Of a stretch of 64,000 nt of DNA, positions 39,188 to 51,590 are shown in pieces. Below the pieces are notes generated by a model. It was given only the letters and a program-made list of their open reading frames with translations, was not told the origin of the DNA and made no database searches. Each line of letters starts with the position of its first letter. Positions within the stretch are counted from its first letter, which is position 1. The stretch is taken from NCBI GenBank assembly GCA_030704615.1, contig CM060734.1, positions 59,644,001-59,708,000 of the forward strand, written 5' to 3'. Source of the DNA: Takakia lepidozioides (taxonomy: Eukaryota > Plantae > Bryophyta). Made by a program: the position numbers and the translations under genes.

Positions 39188-42100
39188 CTAGAGCTCCCCA
39201 ACTGTGCTTCTTTGCACAGCGTCATCAACTGGTGAGTTACCCAGTTTGCCCCTGAATTTCTTCCATATGGCGCTGATACCACCAAGGACACCACTTCGCA
39301 ACTTGTAACCTTTTCGGAGACCACCACCAACAACCTTTAAATCTTCATTTTGCTGAACAGGAATCCCAGAGCCATTATATGAAACATCTTCCAGAGTACC
39401 ACCAACAATCTGTGATACTGCTTCAGGAACACTCCTGAAGGTCCTGGCTTGCAAGTCACTCTTTGAATCCAACGCTCGAGCACTACTACGGATCCTGAAG
39501 GCTCGCATATTCTCACACTTCGAAGGTCCTGCCTCCTGATTGGCAATGCCGCCGATCTGAGCTTGTAGATCACTACTATTCGAATCTCCTTCTGGAGAGA
39601 TTTTGAACTTGTCTTCCACAACAACTTCAGCATTGATTTTTATGTAGCTTTCTGATGGAGGCGCTTCTTCAACAATTCCAGAGGAGTCTTCTGCCAAGGT
39701 TTTCTCAAACAAGCTGTCAGACTTCTCACTTATCTTCCGTGGTGAATTACTTGCTAATGCATTGTAGGCAACGGGATTTGGTTCCCCTGGACATCCAACT
39801 GCATGGTGGAGGTGCATCTCTTCAGCAACTGATTGTCTGCCCATTGACTCAAGGGGAGGAATATCATCTGAAATTCTGATAGCCCAGGCCGTGGCAGGTT
39901 TGGCCTCAGGAAGAGCTTCACCCAAAATCCTCAAAGGTAACAGGCGATCACTTAAGTATAGCAGAGGATGACCAGCGGGCGCCCTTTCGACCCTCACAAG
40001 ATCCGACATGGTCTCCACCATTTTCCCAAGGCTTGCAAACCCTGCCGCTTTGTGGTCCAAGACATACTGAAATCGACTTAAGAACTTTGGTTTCAACAGT
40101 CCTAGATGGTAACCATCCTTACAATCGGGGCAAGCTGTTAGCTCGATGTATAACAGCAGTCTGCAGTCTAACATCAATTTCCCCGCAAATGCGTTGGCCG
40201 ACAGCGGATTGTCTCTACAGTTCAAGAGAGGAGGAGACTCTCGTCTTTCTTCCCCGGCTATGTAGATTACGTGCCTCCGCTGGGAGACTTTTAACAGCAG
40301 CACAATTTCGGAGAAGTGGTGGATGAGGTCAGGGAGATTGTTCAAGCCAAGGTATTTATGGTCCAGACGAGCACCACATGCCCGCTGAAAGTCTTCCGGC
40401 ACAAGTGATATGTCGTACCCATTGGGCACTCTTTCCATGAGATACAGAAGCAACTCCCTGAGCTTGTTCTTCATGTCCAATGGGCTGAATGGGGCCTTCA
40501 AAGGCTCAAACACTTCGACATCTTTGAGACCTCCTTCACATTTTTCTGCGACCCTTTCGTATTCTTGCGTACAGGCTTACTAGACTCTGCACATAGTGCT
40601 GCAGTCTTCGCGCTGATTTCAGGTTTACTCTTGGACTGGCCCCCCACCTGTTTCGTGTGAGAAACTGGCAAGCTTGCTACTATTTTCCTCGCATGGTCAG
40701 CAATCTCAATTGCCTTTAGGTTGCTCTCGCTTGGAGGCCGTAGCAAGCCTTTCCAGGAGCTGGGCTGATGTAATGACAACTGATCTCCTGTGATGGCAAC
40801 TGTAGGTTTCGGAGCAGCCTTCTTCGAATCTTTGTGTGTAGGACCTGTATAGACCAGGCTACAATTTGGATCTGACGGAGCTGAGGACGCAGTGAGGCCT
40901 TCGCCACTGGCCAGGCTACCCCAAAACCACACTCTCGATGCTATACCAAGCAGGGATGGTGGGACGTCCACAGTACCAGGAGGTAGTGCCAGCAGAATAT
41001 TGTAGGTTCTCATTCGCAGCCGATGCAGCGCATTTGCGAAGTCGAGGTCCCCGGATATGAGCAGAAAATATGCCGGAGGAGGGTTATCAAGTGCCCAAAA
41101 TATCATGTCCACCAATATTGTCTTATTGTTTGCCTCCTTCTTTCCTGGGCACCACCCACAGTCCGTATTGTGTAAGGATCCCAAGTGCTGCACATGGACG
41201 TAAGCAATGGTGATTCATAATCATATCAAGTTCCACATGCAACATTGTTCAAGGGCAAGTTATAAGTTGCACCCTATCGCAACATCCTGCCAAGTGAGCC
41301 GCTTGGCGAGGTGGTCATACCTGATGCAAGCTGCTTAGTCCTGTCAGCGAGGCATCAATGTTGCTGGCAATGTATGTAAGAACCCTCGTACATCAAGTGA
41401 CCAGTTGATGTGATTTTAGATTACGACCTTGTTCAATTCAATGTTAGCAGGTCCCACAGCTTGTCAGTTGATCGACTGTTTAATGAGCCCCTCTGGTCCA
41501 TTCGATAAATAGTTGAGTTCTTACCTTGTCTTCCGTTTGAACACATACATGTATGTATGACCCAAATTCTGTCATTCTTTATATTGAACATTCAGCTGAC
41601 TGATCAGCCAAGATCACCCTCGGGAATTTTCCATGATCTAGATGGACTCTGATTGTACAGAACATACCAATTCAAGAATGCGAAGTCTGATCTTGCAGAA
41701 AGACTTGCAGTGCTGACAGCTTCAGGCGACAGTACTAAAAAAACAACATGCAGGACCACGGAAAAGAAAGCCTATTTAGTACTGGGCACCATCTCGATCA
41801 GGTGATCACTTGTGGAATGCCCTGTAATATGGGAGTAGGTGTTATAGAAAACCAGGCAAAACCACATAGGCTCTGTTGGAGGTTTTCTCGAGGTTTTATG
41901 GATCACATCCTCACATGTGAGTAAAGCAGACGTATCAGCTGGTTCCTAAATCTGAACTATCGTGCAAGTGTATCACCTTAAGCTAAGTAAAGGAGACAAC
42001 CGTCATACAATCTACCTGAGCCCACTTAGTTTCTTATTTCCAGAGCGGGAATACGACCTCATGAATCATCGTAAGGATACAAAGTCTGCAGTACGTAGTC

Positions 42101-42464
42101 ATCTGATCTGATGGTCCATACATGTTGGACAACAGATGACCACTATTTGAGCATTGCATGAATGTAAGAGGATACAGTCGAAAGACAAACCGGTCGGGAC
42201 GTGGTGCAAGTCGATGCCTGTGCTTGACAATGCTGTTTGAACGACTTTTGGCAGCGAATGTAAGTGACCGTAGGCAGAAATGGAGACAGGCCCTTTCAAA
42301 TCGGCCGCAGTCAGCGATAAGCTTACGTTGCGGGCTATGACATTGGGGTCAAGCCCTGTAGGCACAGGGCAATTCTCCATGTCCCACCAAACACATATCT
42401 TTGTTGTACTCATTGTGGAGGCGCTCCCCTTTGCCATCTCGAACTTCCTGGGCCCTGCTCCCAT
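39188..42464 (-). CDS. NYN-LOTUS protein paralog 2 (one frameshift near 40522; real pseudogene or assembly error)
   Basis: Exon 1 contains KICVWWDMENCPVP...GIDLHHVPT. Exon 2 contains GKKEANNKTILVDM...ISGDLDFANALHRLR. ORF 40498-41193 overlaps ORF 39188-40513, which carries LOTUS repeats (GYDISLVPEDFQRACGARLDHKYLG; GYHLGLLKPKFLSRFQYVLDHKAAGFASLGKMV). Confidence 0.8.
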
Positions 42465-43276
42465 GTGCCATAGGAGCCAAGATTAGGAAGGCCTAAATTA
42501 TAAGAACTCCCCACATATCTCCTTGCAGAAGCCAACTTGGCAATCCCGAGGTAGCTTTTTCTGGCCACTGATCACATGAGCCACAGCATAATTTTCGAGA
42601 GATTAGTTATTTCAAGATAGTATTAGAGTTACAATCTGCGTCTGCATGCATACTTCGATTGACTTCTCTCTCGGTGTAATCCGATCACTTGCCTTTCAAC
42701 TGTGCCATGGCATGCAGGATGTCAAAGTCTGAATATTAAACCCTTTTCTAACCTACGTACCCTTTGTCTACAGATTCGATTGAAGTGGGAATTTACCAGT
42801 CGATTCAAACCCATACCACTTTGAACTTCGTATGGTCTAGCGTGTCAGCAAAGAAAGTCTAAGAAAGGAGGGTCTCTCTCGCGATCTCTCGCGATATGAG
42901 GATGGATGCCATTAGGCAGAAAAACAAGCAAAGAGTATGTACAGACTTAGTTTGATATCTAGGCGTAATAGACAATCCAGTACTCACTGGCGTGCTGTGC
43001 ATTGGCACACGACATGACAGCGCCGTAGACGTGATGCAGCAAGTGAGATGCTTTGCGCATTGTAAGAGAGCAGCAGAACGATCAGCAACGGATCGACGAC
43101 ATGGAGAACACACGAGAGCACGACCATCTCTTTCCCTCCCAAACTCCTTCGACTCCGACCGAGAGTACACTCACAATCTCGTCGACGGCGCTGACAACCA
43201 CTATCAATCTCGCTCGTATCTTGCATTTATCAATTCTGTTGAGAAGATGCCGGACGAATGATATTTACATCCATTT

Positions 43277-43465
43277 TCAATCTCTCTTGCCGAGACTTGA
43301 TGGATGTTCGTTGACCTTGTAATCAACTCTCAGATTTTCTGCTGTGCAGTGGAGATGTTTCTCTTCGGCGCTAAATTGCGTGAGGGTGTCAAGGGCAGCC
43401 TGCAGGGTAACGGGATTGGCGTCTAATAGCAAGAAGGTGTCATCCACGAACATGGAGTCCTTCAC
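43277..43465 (-). mobile_element. LINE reverse-transcriptase fragment
   Basis: DSMFVDDTFLLLDANPVTLQAALDTLTQFS resembles the non-LTR RT (Y/F)ADD motif and the helix after it. Confidence 0.55.
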
Positions 43466-43469
43466 CTGC

Positions 43470-45500
43470 CTGTACAGATGCTGACGATGATGATGCTGAA
43501 GTAAGCTTTTGTATCTGCTTGGATACCACCACCAGGGACCACAGCTTCCACATCACCAGCTTCAAATCCTTTTTCTGCTTGACAAGAATCCCAGAATGTG
43601 AGCCATTGTTGGAATATCAGTTTCCAGAGTACCACCAACAATCTGTGATGCTGCTTCAGGAACACTGCTGGCTTGCAAGTCAGTATTGGAATCCGATGCT
43701 CGAGCACTACCAGGTAACATGCAGGCTGGCACAGTCTGATACTTTGAATCTGCTTCCTGTATATAATGCCACAGATCTGAGCATGCAAATTGCTAAATGG
43801 AATTCCCTTCTGGAGAGATTTTGAAATTGTCCTCCACAACAACTTCAGCATTGATTTTTAAGTAGCTTTCTGATGGTGGCGCTTCTTCAACAGTTTCACA
43901 GTATTCATCTGACTAGGAGTTTTCTGCCAAGGTTTTCCCAAAAAACCATCATGTATTACTTGCTATTGCAATTTGGTTCCCCTGGATGGCGGAGGTGCAC
44001 CTCTTCAGCAACTGATGGTCTGCCTATTGAATCAAGGGGAGGAAGCTGGGAGGAAGACCATCTATAATTCTGGTAGTCCAGGCCGTGGCAGGTTTGGCCT
44101 GAGGAAGAGCTTCACCCAAACTCCTCGAAGGTAACAGCCTGCAGGCGATTACTTCAGTATAGCAGACGATGACCGCCGGGCGCCCTTTCGACCCTCACAA
44201 GATCCGACATGGCCGCCACCATTTTCCCAAGGCTTCCAAACCCTGCCGTTTTGTGACTGGTCAGTCCAAGATATACTGAAATCGACTTGCGAAATTCTTT
44301 TCTTTCAACTGTACTTGATGATCATCGTAACCATCCTTCTAATCGGGGCAAGTTAGCTCAGCAGTCTGCAATCCATCATCAGTTTCCCCGCAAATGCCAG
44401 CTTGACCGACAGCGGATTGTCTCCACACTTCAAGGGAGGAGGAGACCCTCGTCTTTTCTCTCCGGCTGGATAGATCACAGGCCTTGCGCCGGAGGTACTT
44501 CAGCCGATTAACAATTTCGGAGAAAGTGTCTGACGAGGGTCAGGGAGATTGTTGAAGCCAAGGTATGTATGCTTGAGACGAGCACTACATGCCCGCCGAA
44601 AGTCTAGTGATATGTCGTATCCATTGGGCACTCTTTTTTTTATGAGATATAGAAGCAACGCCCTCAGCTTGTCCAGCAAGTCCAATGGGCCGAATGGGGC
44701 CTCCAAAGGCTCAAACACTGCAACATCTTTTGAGACCTCCTTCACGTTCTTCGGCGACCCTTTCGAATTCTTGCGAGGCTTACTAGACTGTGCGGACAGT
44801 GTTGAAAACTTCACGCTGGTTTCAGGTGTACTCTTGGGCTGGGCCCCCAACTGTTCCAACAGATGGGAGTTGATCGCATAGACTGTTTGATGAGCCCACT
44901 TCAGAAATAGTTGAACGTACATTAAATTGAGTTCACATACATGTATAACCCAAAATTCTGACGTTGTAATTGAACATTCAGCTGAGCCAAGATCACCCTC
45001 GAGAATTCTCCATGACCTAACTTAGATAGACTCTGATAGTTACATGTAGACCAATTCGAGAATCATACGCACGTGACGTCACTCTGATCTTGCTGCAGCG
45101 CTGACAGCTTCATGCAGTAATAAGTACAATTGACCACATACGGGACCACGGACAAGAAAACCTGAAGTACTGGGACTCATCAGATTCTTCTCGACCAGGT
45201 GATCAGTGTGGAATGCATTGTGGGTGTTGACTAAGACTGATGATTCCAACGGCCAGCCCAATCGTTCTAGAGTTGTGGACCACACAGCAGGTGTACTTAA
45301 AGCAGGCAAAACCACATACAGAGGCCCCCCTTGGAGGATCACACCCTGATGAGGGAAGCAGACAGTGGAACCAAGTCTCACAATCTCAACTATCACATTC
45401 CTGACTGGAAATAAGAAAAGAAACCAGCGCGAGGTAGATCACTGTATGAGTTATATGACTTAGATTCTCTTACGTGGTAGAGCAGGAATACGAGGTTGAC
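43470..45500 (-). pseudogene. NYN-LOTUS paralog 3 (decayed copy of paralog 2, NYN exons deleted)
   Basis: 43540-44860 aligns by eye to 39330-40650 with many indels. 44870-45500 aligns to the paralog-2 intron at 41460-42060. Confidence 0.85.
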
Positions 45501-45586
45501 TCAGCCTGCTCTTACCCTACACATAAATGTTTCTCATTTTTTTAACTTAAAAAAAAAAAAACGTGAACATGGGACAGACTCAGGCC

Positions 45587-46012
45587 CAGTGTTTTTTTTT
45601 TTTATCTCTCCAAAATCGCCAGAGGGGCCACATGTAAATTCTACCAGGTGCTAATTTGGCGAGGTGGCAAGTTTAGAAAAGTGGCTATGTAACATGTAGG
45701 ACTTGACTAATGATAGCGAGGTGGCAGGGTTAAAAAAGTGGCTATATAACAGGTGGCACATTCTAACAAGTCCAGATAGGCAAAATGAATCCTGATACTC
45801 AACTATTGGCACTTTCTTGCAAATTTTTCAATTTGTACTTCCCATAATTTCTTTTTTCTTTTTAAAAGGGAAACACCTGGGAGGACAGCTCACAAATCAG
45901 GCCCCTTAAAATAGTGAGAGGAGAAAATAACCTCTTTCCATAAGTAGCTGACCCATTTTCCAGGTCGAAATATAGCGTTTTTGATTTTTGCCAAAACAAA
46001 AAAAAAACACTG
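45587..46012. mobile_element. MITE-like element with CAGTGTTTTTTT...AAAAAAACACTG termini (hAT-like ends)
   Basis: The terminal inverted repeats are visible. No convincing TSD and no coding capacity were seen. Confidence 0.5.
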
Positions 46013-48643
46013 CCGTAGGTCCAAAAATTATGAAACCGTCTCCATGCGCCCCTACTCACCGAGGGCTTTCAGCGGTATTAAAACCCAGGTGGAGGCCTTG
46101 CAGTTTGGGAGATCTCAATGTGACTAACAAACAAAACAAAACAAACAAACAAACATATTTAATTAATATGATATTTGAAAGTGGGGTAGGTTAATCTTTG
46201 TATTCTTCAAACTAAATGACAGGATAAAAGATGGGGTAACCTTCTATGACAAAGGGGTGCAGGCTCAGTATAAGAATATATATTTACGACGCAAACCAAA
46301 GTTAGCGTACTAAATAATAGCCTCTTCCCCTTGTGGATATTGTCACTCTATTACCAGATCCACCTAAAATGTGACCAGCTGACTACTTTCAATTTTCTGC
46401 TTGTTGAAGATTAGGGTTGTAAGCGATCTGATGGCCATAAAATGCAGGGTAGAAGAAATGGTGTGGTGTGCATATAAGGTAACCCAAGATAAATTTGTTT
46501 AAGAATTTGCATTTTATGGCTATGCGCGCCCCGCCTCTGGGCTCTGACCCCTGTAGTGATTATAGTTAGAGGGCAACTTTCCATCAGTGTTGTCTAAGAG
46601 CCAGAATCAGTGGTTCATATTAGATTGATGGGTCCGGATCATGACAGAATGTGAGTTCTATTATATGAACAGTAAGCATTGGGGTTGGGCATGTTGGTTT
46701 TGTTAACGATATAGGAAGGCCATGTATAAGCACTATGTCTGAGCATAGACACGCCACACAGTGGCATGGGTAAGTTGAGTATATAAGAGGTTATACTGAA
46801 GTAATATGATGGTGTACAAGTAAAGTCAAGAAGCATTCTCTAGTACAGTGTGAGATCTCTCTGTGGATCGTGGTGAAAGTAGCATGATTAATGTATTTTA
46901 TTTATTTTTTGGGTATAAAGGGATGAAACGTTGAAATGTATTAATCAAAGGAAAAAGTAACATTGGAAAAAGCCGTAAAGCGTACTGAAGAGATACCACC
47001 CTATAACCAACGACGTAGAACCTGTCAAGTTATTTTACCACTAGTGTGAAAACTAGCTAGGAAATAGCTAGTTTTTACATTATTGACATTTGGGATTGGC
47101 CCAAGTGTCAATCTAGGGGTCAAGGCAGATTTAGGCCCTGGAGTGGTTATCTTCACGGCAAGCGCGGGAGGCTCATCTTTCTCAAGTTGAGCCTCACCGC
47201 GCCTAGCTATGGCGCCGTAGTGTGGATTCCCCATGGCGTGGGGTGCACTTGGCTTGACTTGTATTTGAGTGATGAGGTTATATATGCATGAGTTTATGCT
47301 TCAGCTTTGTGAGCTCGCATGAGCTTGTGCTTGTATTCTTCTTCTTTATCACTCGAGAAAGATGAGCTCGTATCTGTGAGTGCCAGATACGAGTTTAGTT
47401 GTAGCACTTGTGGTTTTTGCTTGAGAATGAGAGAAACCAGGTTGTTATGCAATGAGCACTGTGGAGCTCTTGGTTGTTAGAAGCGGAGGCGATGTGGGTT
47501 ACGAGGTGGTAGACCTTGGCATTCGATCTTCAGCTTTAGAGATGAAAGCACCATGCTGCAGGATTGCAAGACCAAGCGAAAGGGCTGATTTGGCTTGGGG
47601 CAAATCAGTGCACTTTGTGAGTATGTTGAGATTGGGTTTCAATCTCGAGCTTCAGCATTGAGAGGGCTCTTGTCATGGCAAGAGCAGGGGGGGTTGCTAT
47701 TCCATGAGCTCATGAGCGGTGAGCTCATGAGCTCATGAGCGGGCATGGCTCACCCATGAGCCGCAAAGTAACACACTTCGAATTTCGGCAGATTTTTTTC
47801 AGGCCCAAAACTATAAAATAATCAAAAAATCGAAGATTTCCGCGCTCATGCTGGAAGCACTCCGCTCATGAGTACCAGTGTACGCTCATGACTTGGAGCC
47901 CAGGCTCATGGACCGCTAGGCCAGGTCATAGAAAAACTGAATTCTGGGCAATAACGGCACCGAAATTATCCCAGAGGCAGAGACGCAAGCGGAATTAGGA
48001 TCCGGGTTTGCAGACTCCGAAAACGCAATGGCGACCTATAACCGTGGATAGTACTGTTGCAGAAGTGCATGATGGTTGGGTATAACGGCGCCGTAATTGG
48101 GCATAGGAAAAGAAATAGCCGGCTGAAGGTTCGGGAGTGAAGCCAACAACGGTGAAAGTAATTGGGCTCCACCAACCAAATACCGGAGTGCAGGCGATAA
48201 CGGCGCCGAAATGGGCCCCGAAAACCAAATACTCGGTTGAAGCCACCGGAGTGCAGCCGATAACGGCGCCGAAATTGGGTCCAGAAACCAAATACCCGGC
48301 TGAAGGCTAGGGATTGCAACCAATAACGGCGCCGAAATTGACCTGCGGAAACAAAATTCTCGGCTGAAGCTTCCGCACTCCATCCAATAACGGCGCCAAA
48401 ATTGGGCTCCGGAGAGCAAATACCCGCTTACGGTAAGGGAGGCCTTGCTCTCATTTTGCTCTTCACTCTTCTCTGTTGTGCCCATCTCCTCCCTGCTTTG
48501 AGTTTGTGCTATGTCGTGAGGCCATGTCGTGCCCGAATCACATCTATCGACGCCAGACGGGAGTCATTTTCCCGAAAGCACACGACATCATTGTTTTCCT
48601 GGATGTTTACAGGGATGATCCTTGACTTGTCCAGCTGAGAGCA

Positions 48644-49075
48644 ATGGAGTTTCTTCCAGGATTGCACGATTCTCCTGGACCCCGGCTGGGGAGCAGGTGG
48701 TTCCTACGCATCATGGACCTGGACTTTCCGCATGAGTGGGAGCCGAACAGATCACGCACAGCGTTGCTGTATCGCTGGAATTGTTGCGAGTGGACGTATG
48801 ATGAATGCATAGGTGAAAACTTTACGCGTGGACGGACTGGCTCGGAAAGTGGGGACATTCTCTTCAGTTATGAGGATGAGGAGGAGGGGAACACAGGGCC
48901 CACTGTGAAAATGTCCTTCTACCAAGGGGGCGCTATCGATAAACACGACATCCTCATTAGTTTCAACCGGGCGACAGAAACCACTGACATTTTGTTCAAA
49001 TATAAGCACCCGGTCACTCAGGAGGTCCTTGAGAGGCCAGTTAGAGTTCCTTCTTCTTGGACGAGGGGACCATAG
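48644..49075 (+). CDS. Transposon-borne ORF of unknown function (143 aa)
   Basis: Intact ATG-to-TAG ORF with globular-looking composition inside the TIR element. No family was recognised. Confidence 0.4.
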   Translation: MEFLPGLHDSPGPRLGSRWFLRIMDLDFPHEWEPNRSRTALLYRWNCCEWTYDECIGENFTRGRTGSESGDILFSYEDEEEGNTGPTVKMSFYQGGAIDKHDILISFNRATETTDILFKYKHPVTQEVLERPVRVPSSWTRGP

Positions 49076-49757
49076 GTCTTGCATGCTAGAGTAGACATGT
49101 TTCGACTCACCGACACTCATGGCACATACATTTTCATTCAGAAATCAAGCAGCTTCCATGTGCCATATGGGGAATATACATGCTTGGATAATCTTCTGTT
49201 AAGGTTTTTTTGCAATTCACTGCCAGTATGCTGGGACGTGTCCTTTGTCGTATGGATTGCTGTTTACACAAGGTGCAGTATGCAAATGCTGGAATGTGCA
49301 GTAGGACCCTTCCCACTGGGACACAGAACTAGCAATCTTGTAAAGGCATCACATTTGCAGAACAGTAACAATGTATTTGTAGCAAATTGGAGTCTTCTCA
49401 TAAAGGTGGACGAAAACGCCAGGATGGGCTGCGAAATCACTACAAATTGAATGAAGAGCAGTAACAAGGAACTATGCAGTACATAGACCATAAACGGCGC
49501 TGAAATAGGCCTCAATGCCCGTTAATCTCCACACAATGTATGCTTTACTCGGATCCATTTGTAGACAACCAAAAAAAAAAAAAACATGCGCATGCCATTC
49601 ATGGCCAAAAACCACATTCTCATGTATTGCGGCACCGAAATTCACATGTAGCCATGGCGATGCGGCACCACCAAGTGTATAATTCCTCACAAAAAAATAG
49701 AGTACAAGAAGATGAATGTAATATAATTGTCACTTTCTCCTTCCCGAATGTGGAATG

Positions 49758-50350
49758 TCAAGCAGTCCGACCAGTGTCCTGCCGTAGGGCCTTGTGCAGC
49801 TCGTTGAAACTCAGTGTTGGAGCATGGATGAAGACGTCCACTGCGGATATGCAACTCATGCGCTTCAGAAAAATGTAATAAAGGTGTTTGCAGGGGACGT
49901 ATGCTGCATTCTTCGATTCCATAACAAGGAAGTCCTCACAGTTGCAAGCTGGGTACTGTGAAACCGTGATTGTATACACGACACTGCGCGCAGCAGACCC
50001 GGCTGTTGACAACTGAAATATGCGCCCCATCCTGGGGTGAGGAACATCCCTGCAACCTTGCACTATGCAGGGCATTGCAAGAGCGTTGGCCATCCTAGTG
50101 TCGTTCGCCTTTGTTGGTGGCCGTCGTCTTTTCAGTTTCCCCCACCGATGGGTGGGCCAAGCTGCGGGGTCACCCACCGGTATGCGGGGCGAAGAGCTTC
50201 TCGTGGGAGGAGGATGACGACTGGGAATTGGATTTCGTGGAACGTATTTTAGCTTTCAGAGAATCAGGATGGAAGTACACGTTTACCCAAACACGGGAGT
50301 CCATGTTGAAGACGGGACCTCTCGGTACGCTCCGCAGCGAAGTCCTGCAG
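49758..50350 (-). CDS. SWIM zinc-finger protein, 3' exon(s); the gene probably starts further upstream (up to about 52885) via short exons
   Basis: YTITVSQYPACNCEDF...YVPCKHLYYIF is a CxC-x(n)-CxH SWIM motif. An AG acceptor lies near 50345 and a frameshift near 50175. Confidence 0.7.
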
Positions 50351-50944
50351 TGAGAAGAGTGTGTCCTACCTAATAACACAAATGATTTTCTGGAGGATTC
50401 CGCATCCAACAGGATGGGTGATCGGTGCACGTAAAGATGAAGGTATGTAACGTACGTTACAAAAACGGACGACAACAGCAAGTTCACATCGGATATTTGG
50501 TGCCTGAATTGTAATGTACAACCACTTGGGCTACAATAAATCAGGCCTTCCCATGAATTTCGGCACCGAAATCTGGATGAACATCTCTGTCATGTAACAA
50601 CTTTGGAAGCCAGGGGATGAATTCCGGCGACAGAAATAGTAATTTGTTCACCTCATGAAACTAACCAAGCATCCAACGGATGGATTTCGGTGCCGAAATT
50701 CGGATGAACATCTTCTTCATCAAATTGTTTCTGCACATGAGGGTTGAATTTGGATGCCAAAATACGGATGAATGTGTTCCTATCCATTCTGCCGATTCAG
50801 GATTACTGTCATTCGGATGTCAGCACCGATATCCGGACACGTGGTGAATCACGACTGTATTTCGGCCCCGAAATTCATTTTCATCTCCTTTTCCGACCCT
50901 AATTCTGCTGCCCTGCGGATGGATTTCAGTGCCAAATTCATCTG

Positions 50945-50977
<33 letters not shown>

Positions 50978-51034
50978 CTTTGCGACAGATAACTTCGGCG
51001 CCGAATCTCATCCAAGTACTCCCTTCTAATTTTC

Positions 51035-51590
51035 CTTTTTCTTCGCGAGCAATGAATTTCGGCGCCGAAATTCATCCGAAGTCCTCCCGAATTATTTTTT
51101 TTCTTTGCGAGCAATGAATTTCGGCGCCGACATTCATCCGAAGTCCTCCCGAAAAAAAAAATTTCTTCGCGAGCAATGAATTTTGGCGCCGAAATTCATC
51201 CGAAGTCATCCCGAAAAAAAAAAAATTTCTTCGCGAGCAATGAATTTCGGCGCCGAAATTCATCCGAAGTCCTCCCGAATTTTTTTTTTCTTCGGGAGCA
51301 ATGAATTCGCGCCGAATTCATCCGAAGTCCTCCGATTTTTTTTTTCTTCGGGGCAATGAATTTCGCGCCGAAATTCATCCGAAGTCCTCCCGATTTTTTT
51401 TTTTTTCTTCTTTCGGCGCCGAGTCCTTTTCTTTGAATTTCGGCGCCGAAATTCATCCGAAGTCCTCCCGAAATTTTTTTTTTTCTTCGCGAGCAATGAA
51501 TTTCGGCGCCGAAATTCATCCGAAGTCCTCCTGAAATTTATTTTTTTCTTTGCGAGCAATGAATTTTGGCGCCGAAATTCAACCGACTCC
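51035..51590. repeat. Tandem array of about 62-bp units (about 9 copies), each containing the 24-bp palindrome ATGAATTTCGGCGCCGAAATTCAT
   Basis: The unit is TTCTTCGCGAGCAATGAATTTCGGCGCCGAAATTCATCCGAAGTCCTCCCGAA(A/T)n. A separate 74-bp tandem duplication lies at about 51677-51850. Confidence 0.92.
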
